From assembly GCA_048013815.1 (NCBI GenBank), contig CM106585.1, positions 8,866,001 to 8,930,000 of the forward strand: a stretch of 64,000 bases of DNA, written 5' to 3'. Below the pieces are notes generated by a model, which saw nothing but the letters and a program-made list of their open reading frames with translations, was not told the DNA's origin and did not search any database. This stretch comes from Setoptus koraiensis. Taxonomy: Eukaryota; Animalia; Arthropoda. Shown piece after piece: positions 12,901-25,900 of this stretch (the first letter of the stretch is position 1; each line of letters begins with the position of its first letter). Position numbers and translations under genes: made by a program.

Positions 12901-13859
12901 CTCGGACATATCCAGTTCAGCATATCGCACACACAAGCCTGGTTGCACACTGCGTGTTTACCACCAACAACAACACCCATAAGGCACCAATAATGATCGT
13001 CATGATAATAATGATGATGTAACAACGGGCCCGAACGCTGGCCAGCCCAAATGTAATGTTAACTAGCCAATGTTTGCCACTAATAATCATCGTTCGTTTA
13101 GATCATTATTACTCTCGTTAAATATAGATTACTGCGCTACATAGACAGACAGAGAGAGAGTTAAAACTGGCTAAACTGACTGCCATCCAATGTGGGCCCC
13201 ATTATGCCATTATGGTGGCGGCGCAAACAATGCCAGACAGTGGCACAATTGTAACTGACATGTTTGCGTTCGCGACTTTATTTCAGACTTGGTGTCTTGG
13301 GCGCAAATACTAGCAGTCTTAGATCAATTTACACAATAACATCACGGAAAAATGTCGGTGCATTGTTTGTGCCGCTGGCGGGCATAATCGATGATCGATT
13401 GACTCGCGCGTCGGCCCATTGGCTCGCTAGTTGATCACTGACAATATACATCAATGGGGCCCCATAATCAGACTGCAGCCGCGCTCGGCAACGGTTGCTC
13501 GATTGCTCAAACAGACCACGCGAAGTCGCTTCGAAATAGTTGCTCGAGTCGATTTGTCTCACTACCGACATTTGTTTGTCTACGTGTTTTGTGTCGCCAT
13601 TAGAAACACTGCATACAATCTCATGGGGCCATTTCAGACATCGTTTTGTGAGCACAATCACGCGATGAAAAAACACATGCTTAATATTTAAGTTTATCGA
13701 CATATGCGAAGGTGACCTATGACGACTTTGTACTGCAACCACCTGATCAGGGGACAAATTGCTTTTCCAATTTGTGTCACGAGAACTCGAACGAGTGCGC
13801 TTACACGACTAACAGAGCGGAGAAGAGAACGATGTACCCATAAATTTTTAATTATTTCC

Positions 13860-13876
13860 CATAATCAGTTGCATTT
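13860..13876 (+). promoter_or_regulatory. Conserved 17-bp block upstream of each GR-like gene containing an Initiator-like ATCAGTT (copies also at 17073-17089 and 20581-20597)
   Basis: cataatcagttgcattt is identical in all three units while the flanking DNA has diverged. TCAGT is the arthropod Inr core. Confidence 0.35.
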
Positions 13877-14354
13877 CGTGCGAACAAGTTTGCTTGTAAC
13901 AGTTAAAATGGTTGTACTAATGAGTTAACCAATGAGTTTTCACCACTACAGCAGAATTGCGACCATTTTTGTCAGAGAAACAGTTGGAAACAAAGATCTG
14001 CATCACTGGTGGCGGTTTTATTCGCCGACACAATAGGGTGCGCATGGTAGAAAATTTGTTGAAAGAAAAATTTTTCGGACAAAATTCAGTGATCGAAATT
14101 CGACGCCATTTTTCAATGCAACGAGGCCAGCCATCATGACAATTCAAAAACGAAATGACTAATTAGCATACTTGTTAGCTCGCTTGATATTGCCACAGAA
14201 TCAGAATCGTCTCAGGTCTTCGTGATCGCGATATCGCCACTGACAAACTGCTCCCATGCCGCATAGGCATCTCTCGCATTTATATCAGCTATTTGGCACC
14301 TCATTGTGATTATTTGTTTCGTTTCAAGCAAAACAATCAAATCAATAGACGGAA

Positions 14355-16320
14355 ATGTTCAGCGTGCCGATAATGTGGGCCCAGCGCTACCTTCTCGAAT
14401 ACAGTTGTGTGCTCATTGGCTCCTTTTCAGTGGCGCCCACAATCACCGACCGCAACACAAAACAAAAACATCGCCTAAGAATTTACCAATCACTTTGGGC
14501 AAGAGCCAGCAAATTTAGAATAGCTTATCATGTCATCGAGCTAATAATTCTGTCCGCCATTGCAGTCAAGACGATCTTGATGAGTATAAATTTGGGACCG
14601 TGGCTTGCACAAATATCGCCCCTATTTATAGATCCGTGGCGCAAGAGGAATATCAACATAATGGTTGGTTTTTGTTGCGCGGAATTGGTTCTTTTGAGAG
14701 TGTATGCATTAATCCAATACACATTGGAAGGGGAGCAAAAAGGATCGTCGCAGGTGACGAGATATCCTGCTCAGATGAAAAAATCGCAGCCAAAAAAATC
14801 ACTGCCCTCGATGGAACAGTATTTTTGTGGTCTGGGGTCGAAATTTCCGAAAAAATTGAATTACAGCATTATACTGAGGCACTTCAAAAATGCATGCGAG
14901 GCCAGAATCGATCTGACCGATTATTTTCGAATTATATTCACCGGTTATTGCGCGCCTCACTATTACATGGACGTTGATAAAATAGATGTCATACAAGATG
15001 ACAGGTCAAAACATTCGAGCGCTGACAGCGGGCCAGAGGTTAATGACAACAACGAGCACGAAAAATTAAATGATTTAAGAAATCGACTAGAGAAAAATCT
15101 AGAGGAATTCTATGATCTTACCAGAAGTGAGTCAAAAAATTATTTTCCCAAATGGGCATTTTGTTTTAGCTGTCTCTGTTTGATTGGCGAGCATCAATTC
15201 ATGTTCACGCTGCCCCTTTATTTTGGCGCGCTAGTGGCGCTGAAGGCAAAAGAAGCCAGAGAGATGTACGGATGGACCTGGCACCAGGACGCTCTGCAAC
15301 AATTTGAAATGAACTTTTTCGCAAATTTGACTATCACGGAGGTGGCCAGATCGGACATTCACAATTGGACCTATTTGTGTATGTGGGCGAGAATCCATTA
15401 CACGAAGTGCCTCATTAAGAAGACGGTAGATTTCATGCAGAAATACAATAAAATGAATTATGTGCCCAGCGATATATCAGACGAAATTTTCGAAACAATT
15501 TCCGACGGACCAATGAAGGCGCAAAGGGCGAGCAGCAATCGGCATTCGTGTTTCGCTGATACTTTCCAGTATGTCTCATACGAAAATTCGCCTAACGTTT
15601 GCTCAAGCAATCAATACTGGGAATTGAAGGCCCGATTGCGCGCGCTGGACAAACAGAGCGGCAAGGGACAGCCGGCAGTTAGACCGTCGCTATTTCGAGA
15701 GGCTCAGGTTGCGTTGCTGCTGGATTTTCACACCAGAATGATAGCACGATGTAAGCTGGAATTTGAGCAACTCAGGACCCATTATTGCACCTCAATCAAC
15801 ATACAGATAGTTATAAAAATTACCACAATTGTCTGGTTATCAGCACATAATATTATAAATAACAAAATCATGACCGAACCGGAAGCCATCGATCATTATC
15901 TGAACTATGCCGGTTTGATTCTGGCCTCCACTGACATTATACGCTACCTCATGTTTTGCTCGCTGGTTAGATACGAATTTAACTGTCTGAATTCTTTACT
16001 CTTCAAATGGATGCAATTTAGTCCATTCATAGGAACCAAACAAATGTACACCAAGTTGATATTGATATCGCGGGATTTGAACAACGGCCAAAACTGTTCT
16101 CAGATAATCTTCGGCTCTATTCCAGTGACCTTCTCCTCGGCCTCTCAGGTGAGCAGCTACGAAACTCAAACTCATATGTGCATACACTTTACATTTGACT
16201 GTCTCTGGCAAGCATTGCGCTCTAATCAACTGTCTTTTTTTCCGCTTCCGAATTGCTGTATTTCGTCAGTTCGCTCTTTGGATAGGCACGGGCATATTCA
16301 TTTTGTTACAAGCCATGTAA
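14355..16320 (+). CDS. Gustatory-receptor-like 7TM chemoreceptor, paralog 1 (exons 14355-16148, 16270-16320; 614 aa)
   Basis: Multiple hydrophobic helices. A phase-0 CAG|GTGAG...CAG intron precedes a 16-codon last exon FALWIGTGIFILLQAM*, which resembles the GR TM7 motif (TYhhhhhQF). C-terminal phase-0 introns are typical of arthropod GRs. Confidence 0.75.
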
Positions 16321-17400
16321 CTTGCTTACAATTAATACACTGTTTATGACACACTATTTATGGCGGGGACATGATTGCCTCACATATCGCAAATGATTCA
16401 TAACTAGACAAATAAAACGACAAGGTGTCAGTCTTGCTGGATTGTATCTAAGAAGCACACAAAACACAGACGCAGTATGGATATTCCAGCCGGATAATCG
16501 ATCCGCCCAGCGATCAAAATCATTATTCGGGCTCGATATCTAAAAAAGGCGATTATATATGGGTATCCATAATTTTTCGACTGCTATGTATAGTCTGCTA
16601 GTGACGAATAAAAACAATTGCTGTTTGTTACTCGCGTTTTCCGCTTACAAATTCACTTGTTGTCTTGCGGTCGCCAAACTCAGCAATGTCAATTTATTGG
16701 CTTGTCCCAGATGAGTTGCTGTGTCGAAATAGATTAACTCTAACGAGTTGTTTCACGATCGTTCATTTGGATGTCTCTGACTATCCACGGGCTAGTTGAT
16801 CGCTGACAAACCTACAAGTTTCAGCAATGGGGACCAAAATCAGGCTCTAACCGTGCTCAGCACAATCACGCAACAAAACATAGGCCTACTGCTTCAATGT
16901 TAAATATGCGAAAGTGTTATAGACCGATTTCGCGTTGCAACCAGCCGATCGAAGGAAAATGTTTTACAATCTGCATCACAGCATCTTTGATGCAAATGCG
17001 CACCTATGACGAGGAAACTTCGCAAGCAAAAACGATTTTTTCGTAAATTTTGTAAACAACGACCGCTAAGCCCATAATCAGTTGCATTTGGGTCGAGCAA
17101 GTTTAATTGTAATTACAAATTACTAATTGTGCTAATGAGCCACATTTGCACATAACAAGAATAACTCTACAGAACTATGTCTGAAGGGGATCAGTCGCTT
17201 TGACAAACCGAAACGCGGGCGGCAATTAGCATATTCGGTAGCAAGCTCGATGTTACGATGGAATAAGTTTGATCGCCATCTCGTTACTGACAAACGACTC
17301 CTATGCCGACAGGCATCTCCATCATTTATAATAGCTATCTAGCGCCTCATTGTGACAATTCGTTTCGTTTCAAGCAAGACTATCAGATGAAGGGACGGAA

Positions 17401-19365
17401 ATGGTCAAGTTTTCACTTTTTTTGCCTATGCGCTGTGTGCTCGAATACAGTTGTATGTACATTGGCTCCTTTTCCGTGGCGCCCACACTCATCGGCCACG
17501 ACACAAAACATCGCACAAGAATTTACAAATCACTATGGGCAAGAGCCAGCCTATTTAGAATAGTTTATCATGTCATCGAGCTACTGTTTCTGCTATGTGC
17601 CGGCATCAAAACTGCGCTGATCAGTTTGAATTTGGGCCCGTGGCTCGCACAAAAATCACCGACTCTATTCACTGATGTTTGGCGCAAGAAAAATTTCAAC
17701 ATAATGGTAAGTTTTATTTGCATCGAATTGTTCCTATTGAGATTGTACGCATTGATCCAATACACATTTATCGAGGAGCAAAAGGAATTTTCGGAAGTGG
17801 TGAAGGTGCTTGTTCAGGACAAAAAAGTGTCCATCGTGCCGTCGATCGAACAGTATTTCTGTGGTCTGGCATCAGAGTATCCAAGGAAATTGTCTTACAG
17901 CATCATATTGAAGCACTTCAGAAATTTGTGCAAAGTCAATATCGAGCTAAGCGATCTCTTTCGACTTGCGCTCACCGGATATGTTGCGCCTCACTATTAC
18001 ATGGATATTAATAAAATAGATCTCATACATAATGATAGGCCAGTAGATTCGTGGACTAGAGCCAGCAAGTCGGCACAATTTGTTGGCGATAACGATCTCG
18101 AACAATTAAACGAATTGAAAAATCGGCTCGAGAAAAATCTAGAGCAATTCTACGATCTTTCCAGAAGTGAGCCGAAAAATTATTTGCCTAAGTGGGCATT
18201 TTTTTTTCAAGTTCTTCTGTTATCGGGCGAACAACTGGCCATGGCTACGCTCCCACCTTTTTTTGCCGTACTTGTCACGCTGAGGGGATTAAAAATGAGG
18301 AGTCTGGGCGGACGGACTTGGCACCAGGAAGCGCTGCAACAAATTGAAATGAACTTTTTCGCAAATTTGTTTGCCACAGAGACGTCCAGATCGGATTTGC
18401 AAAATTGGGTTTATTTTTTTATGTGGGCGAGAATTCACTACACGAAGTGTCTCATTAAGAAGACGCTAGATTTCATCAAGGAAAATAATCACTTGAATTA
18501 TAAGCTTGCCAATATGCCAGACAAAGTTCTCAAAACGGTTTCCGACGGAACAATGAGAGCGCAAAGGGCGAACAGCAATCGGCGCTCATGTTTGGCTGAT
18601 AGTTTGCAGAGTATCTCATGGGAGGATTCGTCAAACTCTCGCCCAGACGATCCATACTGTGAATTGAAGGCCCGATTGCGCGTGCTGAACAAAAGTAGCT
18701 GCAAGGGACAGCTCGCAATTAGATCGACATTGCTTCAAGAGGCTCAGGTTGCGTTGTTGTTGGATTTTCACATTAAAATGATCGCACGATGTAAGCTGGA
18801 ATTCGAGCAAATCAGGACCCATTGGTGCACCTCGATCAATATGCTGATAGTTATGAAAATTACCACAATTGTCTGGCTATCGGCGGATCGTATCATCAAT
18901 GACGTAACGACCATAAAACCGGAAATTCTTGATTATTATGTGGCCTCAATCGGTTTGTTTATAGCCGCCACTGACATTATCCGCTACTTCGTGTTTTGCT
19001 CGCTGGTTAGATACGAATTTAACAGTCTGAATTCTTCACTGTACAAATGGATGCAACTCAGTCCAGTTATAGGAACCAAACAAATGTACACGAAGTTGAT
19101 ATTGATGTCGCGAGACTTGGACAGCAGCGAAAACTGTTCTCAGATAATCTTCGGCTCTGTTCCAGTGACCTTCGCCACGGCCTCCCAGGTGAGCAGCTAC
19201 GAAACAAATTCATATGTGCATACTCTTTATATTTGACTGTCTCTGGCATGCATTTCGCTCTAATCAACTATTTTCTTCTCCTCTCTAAACTGCTTTTCTG
19301 CTGCATTTCGCCAGTTTATTCTTTGGATAGGCACGGGCATATTTATTCTGCTACAAGCCATGTAA
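17401..19365 (+). CDS. Gustatory-receptor-like 7TM chemoreceptor, paralog 2 (exons 17401-19188, 19315-19365; 612 aa)
   Basis: Aligns end to end with paralog 1 and has the same intron position. Last exon FILWIGTGIFILLQAM*. Confidence 0.75.
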
Positions 19366-20221
19366 CTTGCTCACAATTAACACATTGTCTATGACACACT
19401 ATTTACGGCCAGGGCATGATTGCCTCACATATCGCGAATGATTCATAACTAGGCAAATAAGACGACAAGGTGTCAGTCGTGCTGGATTGTATCTGCACAC
19501 AAAACAGACTCAGTTTAGAGATGCGTACTGATATCCCGGCCTAATAATCGATCTGCCCATCTATCGAAATCTTTACTCATATTCGGATCGTATCCAGGCT
19601 CAGTATCTAGAAAAAACGGCGATTTTCTATGAATGGATGTTCGGCAACGTGCATTCGCTCAGACGCACTGATTCCGGAAAAATTCTCCCTAACGCCGTTT
19701 ACCCGTTTTCCAGTTTCCCCTCCTTTTTATTTTATCCATGGATATTGATAGTTCTCAGACTGTTATACTTAGTCTGATTGTGACGAATACAAACAGTTGC
19801 TGTTTGTTATTCGCGTATCCCACTTGAAAACCTGTTGCCTTGCGGGTCGAGATACCCGTAAGGTCAATTTATTGGCTTGCCCCGGATGAGTTTTTTTGTC
19901 AAAATAGATTAACTCTAACGAGTTGTCTCACGATCGTATTAAATCGTTCATTCGAATGTCTCAATTTGTCCACTCTGAGCAAGCACCACATCGAGTTGAA
20001 ACGGGCTAAAGTGATTCTAGTCGGACATGGGCCCCATTGTGGGAGCACCAGCTTGGTTGCGCATATGAAACTGACATGTTCGCGTTCGGGACATGAATTG
20101 AGCTTAGATTTCAAGGTGATTCCTTTCAGCACGGCATAAATTACAGGATAACTTTAGTTTTTATCAGATCCCTGTTTTCTGTGGACCAAGAGACAATCGA
20201 TGATCGATCGGCTCGTATGGG

Positions 20222-20305
20222 TAGAGTGGAGATTTTTTTGATTTAAATCAATGGTTTTAATCATGATTTACATCATCTGATTTTAATCAAAAAATGCCCA
20301 CTCTA
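20222..20305. mobile_element. 84-bp MITE, hAT-like (TAG...CTA termini, 8-bp target-site duplication)
   Basis: Left end TAGAGTGGAGATTTTTTTGATTTAAATCA. Reverse complement of the right end is TAGAGTGGGCATTTTTTGATTAAAATCA. Flanks CGTATGGG (20214-20221) and CGTATTGG (20306-20313) match 7/8. Absent from the paralogous site near 13400-13420. Confidence 0.75.
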
Positions 20306-20988
20306 CGTATTGGCTATTGAAGAAATCTGCCATGTACCATATCATCAATGGGAATCATAACCGTGCTCAGCACAAGCACGCAACAAAACATAGGCCCATC
20401 GCTTCAATGTAATGACAAATGCGAAGGTGACCCGGGCCGATTTCGCGGTGCACCCGATCTAAGGACAATGTTTTCCGATTTGCATCACAACACCTCTGAT
20501 GCAAATGCGCACCTATGACGAGTAAACACAGCCGGTGAAAACGATTTTCTCATGAATCTTTAAACAACGAATGGTGAGCTCATAATCAGTTGCATTTGGA
20601 GCAAGCAAGTTCAGGCGAAATAATTGTACCAATTGTGCTAATGAGTTGTACTACTAAATCAACTTCGCAGAATAAAATACGCAATACCAATACGCATCTC
20701 GGAAAATTTCCGAATTCAAGTGCTCGCCGCACTAACGTGCCATTTCCACGCCGTCTAGACTCTAGAGTGCCTTTTTTTCAGTGGAAGTCGCAGGCTAAAA
20801 TTGCCATGACAACCTGAAACAAAAGGGGTAATTAGCACACTCGCTTTATAATCGGATAGAATCAAAATTGTCGCAAACCAGTCTGATCGCCATCTCGCTA
20901 CTGACATATTAGCTCTCTAGCGCCTCATTGTGACTATTTGTTTCGTTGAAGCAAAACAATCAAATCGAGCATTTCAAATCAAACGAAA

Positions 20989-22973
20989 ATGGTCAAGTTT
21001 TCACCTTTTTGGCCTATGCGCTTTGTGCTCGAATACAGTTGTATGTTCATTGGCTCCTTTTCAGTGGCGCCCACACTCATCGGCCACAACACAAAACATC
21101 GCACAAGAATTTACAAATCACTATGGGCAAGAGCCAGCATATTTAGAATAGTTTATCATGTCATCGAGCTACTGTTTCTGCTATGTGCCGGCATCAAATG
21201 TGGGCTGATCAGTATGAATTTGGGCCCGTGGCTCGCACAAAAATCACCGACTCTATTCACTGATGTTTGGCGCAAGAAAAATATCAACATAATGATAAGT
21301 TTTGTTTGCATCGAATTGTTCATATTGAGATTGTATGCATTGAGCCAATATACACTTGAAGAGGAGCGAAAAAAATCATCAGAGATGGTGAGGGCGCCTG
21401 CTCATGCCCAAAAAGCGACCAGCAAGCCGTTCATCGGGCAGTATTTCCGTGGTCTGGGGTCGGAATTTCCGAGAAAATTGTCTTACAGCATTATGCTGGA
21501 GTATTTCAGTAATGTATGCCAATTCAATATCGAGCTGACCGATTATATTCGACTTTTATTCACTGGATATGTAGCGCCTCACTATTACATGGACATTGAC
21601 AAAATAGATCTCATACAAGATGACAGGCCAGCGAATTCGTGTCCTAGGTCTGGCACATCGGCACAAGTTGTTGGCGACAACGATCTCGAACAATTAAACG
21701 AATTGAAAGATCGACTCGAAAAAAATCTAGAGGAATTCTATGATCTTTCCAGAAGTGAGCCAAAAAATTATTTGCCTAAGTGGGCATTTTGTTATTGCGT
21801 CATTTGGTTGGCTGGCGAACAAGTGCCCATGTACACACTGCCCTTCGTTTTTGGTACACTTGTCGCGCTGAGATCACGAAAAATGAGGACGCAGTGCGGA
21901 TGGACCTGGCAGCAGGATGCGGCGCATCAATTTGAAATGGACTATTTCGGAGATTTGATTGCCACAGAGGTGCCCAGAACTGATTTGCACAATTGTGTCT
22001 ATTTCTTCTTGTGGGCGAGAATTCATTACACGAAGCGCCTCTTCATGAAGACGTTGGATTTCATAGAGCGATATAATCGGTTGAAATATATGATTGCCAG
22101 CATGCCGGATGAAGTTGTCGAAACGGTTTCCAAAAAAAAAATGAGAGCGCAAAATTTGGCGAACGACAATCTGCACCCTTGTTTGGCTGACAGTTTGCAG
22201 AATGTCTCAAGCGAAAACGTTTCGGCACGCGTTTGCTCAAGCAATCCATATTGGAAATTAGAGGCCTACTTGCGCTCTCCGAACAGACAGAACAGCAAGC
22301 GGCTGCCGGCAATAAGATCGGCGTTGTTTCGAGAGGCTCAGGTTGCCTTGCTGTTGGATTTTCACCTTAGAATGATTGCACGATGCAAGCTGGAATTTCT
22401 GCAAATCAGAGCCCATTGGTGCACCTCAATCAACATGCAGATAATTATGAAAATTGGCACAATTGTCTGGCTATCTGCGGATAATATCATAAATAGCTTT
22501 ACGGCTGTGCAACCGGAATTTCTTGATTATTATGTGGCGTTCGCGGGTTTGTTTCTGGCCGCCACTGATATCATGCGGTACCTCATGTTTTGCTCACTGG
22601 TGCGATACGAATTTAACAGTCTGAATACTTTGCTGTACAAATTTATGCAATACAGTCCGTTCGTGGGAACCATGCAAACGTACAAGAAGTTGATATTGAT
22701 ATCGCGGGACTTGAACAACAGCCAAAACTGTTCTCAGATAATTTTCGGCGCTGTTCCGTTGAATTTCGCCACGGCCTCACAGGTGAGTGTGTCACTGTTG
22801 TAAAACAACGCGTTCGTACGTGCTTTCGACTGTCTCTGCCAGAGACTCTCTGGCATGCATTCGCGCTCTAATCGACTATTTTCTTCTCCTCTCTAAACTG
22901 CTTTTCTGCTAAATTTCGTCAGCTCATTCTTTGGATAGGCACGGGCATATTTATTTTGTTACAAGCCATGTAA
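20989..22973 (+). CDS. Gustatory-receptor-like 7TM chemoreceptor, paralog 3 (exons 20989-22782, 22923-22973; 614 aa)
   Basis: Aligns end to end with paralogs 1 and 2 and has the same intron. Last exon LILWIGTGIFILLQAM*. Confidence 0.75.
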
Positions 22974-25900
22974 CTTGTCCACAATTAACACACACACTGT
23001 CTATGGCAGACTATTTATGGAAAGGACGAGATTGCGTTACACATTGCGAATGAATCACATAACCATAGACCAACAAATGAAACAACGAGGTGTCGGCCTT
23101 GTCCGTCTCGTGTGCTCGAAGAACACAATAAACTGACACAACAGTTTCGGCAGTCCGTTGTAGGCAATCGCCGAAACTATTATTTGTATGACTCGACTTA
23201 CTGTTATATTTAGTCTGATTGTGACGAATGAAAACAATTATTGTGTTTGTTAATCGCGTGTGTCCCGCTCACAAATTCACCTGTTGCCTTGCGTGTGTCG
23301 GCCGACTCATTAGCGTCAATTTATTAACTTGTGCCAGACGAGTTGTGGTGTCAAAATTAGACTTTATTCTAATGAGTTGTTTGGCGATGCCATTCAATCG
23401 CTCATCGGCTCGCGTCCCTGACTGCCCACTCTCGGCCAGCATATGGCCGATATATTTGTTTTTGATATATGTTGTTTAGCCCATGTTTGTGTAGACAATG
23501 TGAATTGGGTGCAGTAATTAACAGCTAGCCGAAGAGCGCTTCGAAATTTCGTTTTTGTTTTATTTTAGTGCGCGATTTCGACACCAACACGAACAGCGCT
23601 CATTATCGGTTATTATCCGTGCCGACGTATCGGCCGCAGTGAGCGTGTGTATGCAAACAATGGCCCATGGCACGAGCACGCAAAACCGTTTCCGAAACGC
23701 TGACCCAAATGAGACGAATTGGGGCCCCTCTCGAAACGGCTAATACGCGTGCAGTTTTTGCGCGCGTACAACCGTGCAAAGTATGCAGCCAGAGTTGAGC
23801 TGGGTTCTTTGGTATGATACCAAAAGAATTCATGCTGTCGGCTAGTGCTTGTTTGTTTGCGGCTCATCTGACTGACGCGAGCCAGACACGCACGGTTCGC
23901 CAGGATTATTTTCAACTATCCGCGGCCGCTTTTACTCGGCATAATGAATGGCCTGCTCAGGGCGGATATTGAGCATGCTATCACAGCGATGTGCTCAGCC
24001 TAGCGGGGGCCCCAACCGGCCCGAGAGGTGCCAAGGCAGGGGATTTATGCGCGTTGGTGGTGTCGATGAACAAACAACATGCCAGCAGTCTATTTATTGG
24101 CACATAATAGATAGCGAGGCGAGATAAGGGCGCCGCGGCCGAGAATTGATAAAGTTGCTAGAACAATATGGCCGCGCGATAAGTATGTGCAAGGTGCCCG
24201 CGAGGTTACCTGTGCCGCCGCCTCACAGCGTGCTGTGTTATTATTAGCTGCTAATATAGTGTCAGTGGGGCCCCGTGTGGGCCGGTTTCGCCTCACTGAT
24301 TAATCACAGTTTGCGCTTGTTTGTGTGTCAATGAAAACAACATGGCTGTTCTACTTTTTCGAAGTGTGCGTGTGTGTGTGTATGCGCATATATATTATAA
24401 ATTGGGAATTACTTTTTCGCCTGGCCTCAGACAACTGAAACTAATAGTGGCTAATACCGTAGTGGCTAAACTAGGCAATAGTAAACAGTTATCCACCTGA
24501 TTACAGTTGTTATCGGCACTGGAGGCGGCGTTCGTTGGCGGGTGTGTGTGTTTGTTTCGCTGGTCGTTGTCGAACGGGCCTCAATTCGTCAGTTCTCGGC
24601 GTGTGCGCGTCTCACAATTTCAGTTCAACACGACGAGATAGACATAGCACATACAAGCAAAAGAGACACTGGCCGGTTGGCTGGCTGGCTGGCTGGCACG
24701 CACTGGCAAGCGAGCGATAAAATCTAATCGGCAACCAATTGGCAGCAACAAAAACAGACACAGATAAGAGCAGATAAGATGCCTGCACCCAGATAAGCCA
24801 GCCGGCTCACTAGTGGGCCAGCTTCTTTTTTCGCCGGCCGGGGCCTCTGTTACGTACTAACGTACTAACGCTGGCCGGCTCATCCCGTGTGAGTAATGGG
24901 CCCCAATGTTTGCCGGCTAACGGTGCTCGTCGGCGTTGCCAGGCGCTTTTCGGCGTTTGTGCAAGCGGGCCGCAAGTGTTTCGGCCAGATGCCAGCAAGC
25001 CAAGAGGCCATTAATACAAATGCAAATAAAGATCAAGTGCCAATTTGCATACAGCGGCCAGCGGAGACGCCAAGTGACCAGCGGCCGCCTAGCGACGGAA
25101 GCGGCCTGGCGTAAATGCCACCACCGCGCCACCCTAAATGGATCGCCTTGGAGCTGCCGTGAACATATGTTTTATATTAAATTTTATTTTGCACACTAAC
25201 AGCCAGCGTTGTCAATGACGAATCGACTGGTTTGGTCGGCAAGCCAACTCTTGATTTACGTGCAAAGTGCTCGCCCCATTGAGTGCGTGCGCGAATCGCG
25301 TTCGTTTGGGCAAATTTTCAATTTATGTTCCATTTTAATTTTGCCCAACACTCCCCAGGCCAGGTGAGAGGCTCGCCGTTTGGGGCCCGGCGGCGGCCGG
25401 CCCGTGAAGCGCTCGTGCGCGCCACTCAAATTCAATTCAGTCCGATTTGCCGAAAGGGGCCATTGTTCGTCGGGCACACTTAACAAATGGGCACACTTTG
25501 AGATACGGGATCGTTTGTGTGTTATATATTGAATTATATATTCCATTTTGGGCGCCCCGCTCAATGGCGAGTGAGCGGTTTGAGCTGTTGTCGGTCGTTG
25601 AGCCCTGGCGCGTCGGGCCGGCGACCAGATTCCGGCTGCGCCGAGAGCGAGGGGAGCGGCTCGGCGGATAGCTATGCTTTCGTCAATACAGTTTATCCGC
25701 GAACAAACAGCCAACAACAATCAAAAGCCGACCCGGCTCGGCGCTGCGACAAGTGAGATCCGCTTGGGCATTCCGGTGCGTCAGTCGGCATTACAATTGC
25801 ATCACACACATTTGCAACCTGGTGGCCGCTGGTCACCACACTGACGACCGTTTGATCGCTGGCCAACTGACCGACTGACACGGGATTGTCGGGCCATTTT

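Larger units (their letters stand above)
13158..23440 (+). repeat. Tandem triplication of ~3.2-3.6 kb units, each carrying one GR-like gene
   Basis: Non-coding blocks recur per unit. GAGTTaAAACtGGCTAAA occurs at ~13158 and ~19993; GCTAGTTGATCrCTGACAA at ~13425 and ~16790; cataatcagttgcattt at 13860, 17073 and 20581; GTGACGAAT...AACA.TTrytGT.TGTTA at ~16600, ~19780 and ~23220. Confidence 0.85.

Noticed and set aside
16149-16349. ORF-track C-termini of the GR-like ORFs (read-through into the intron)
   Set aside because: The read-through tails differ among paralogs, whereas the spliced 16-codon exon is conserved in all three.
19630-19745. ~110-bp insertion downstream of GR-like paralog 2 relative to paralog 1, with ATGGAT at both ends
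   Set aside because: No convincing TIRs or poly(A) tail; cannot be called a mobile element.
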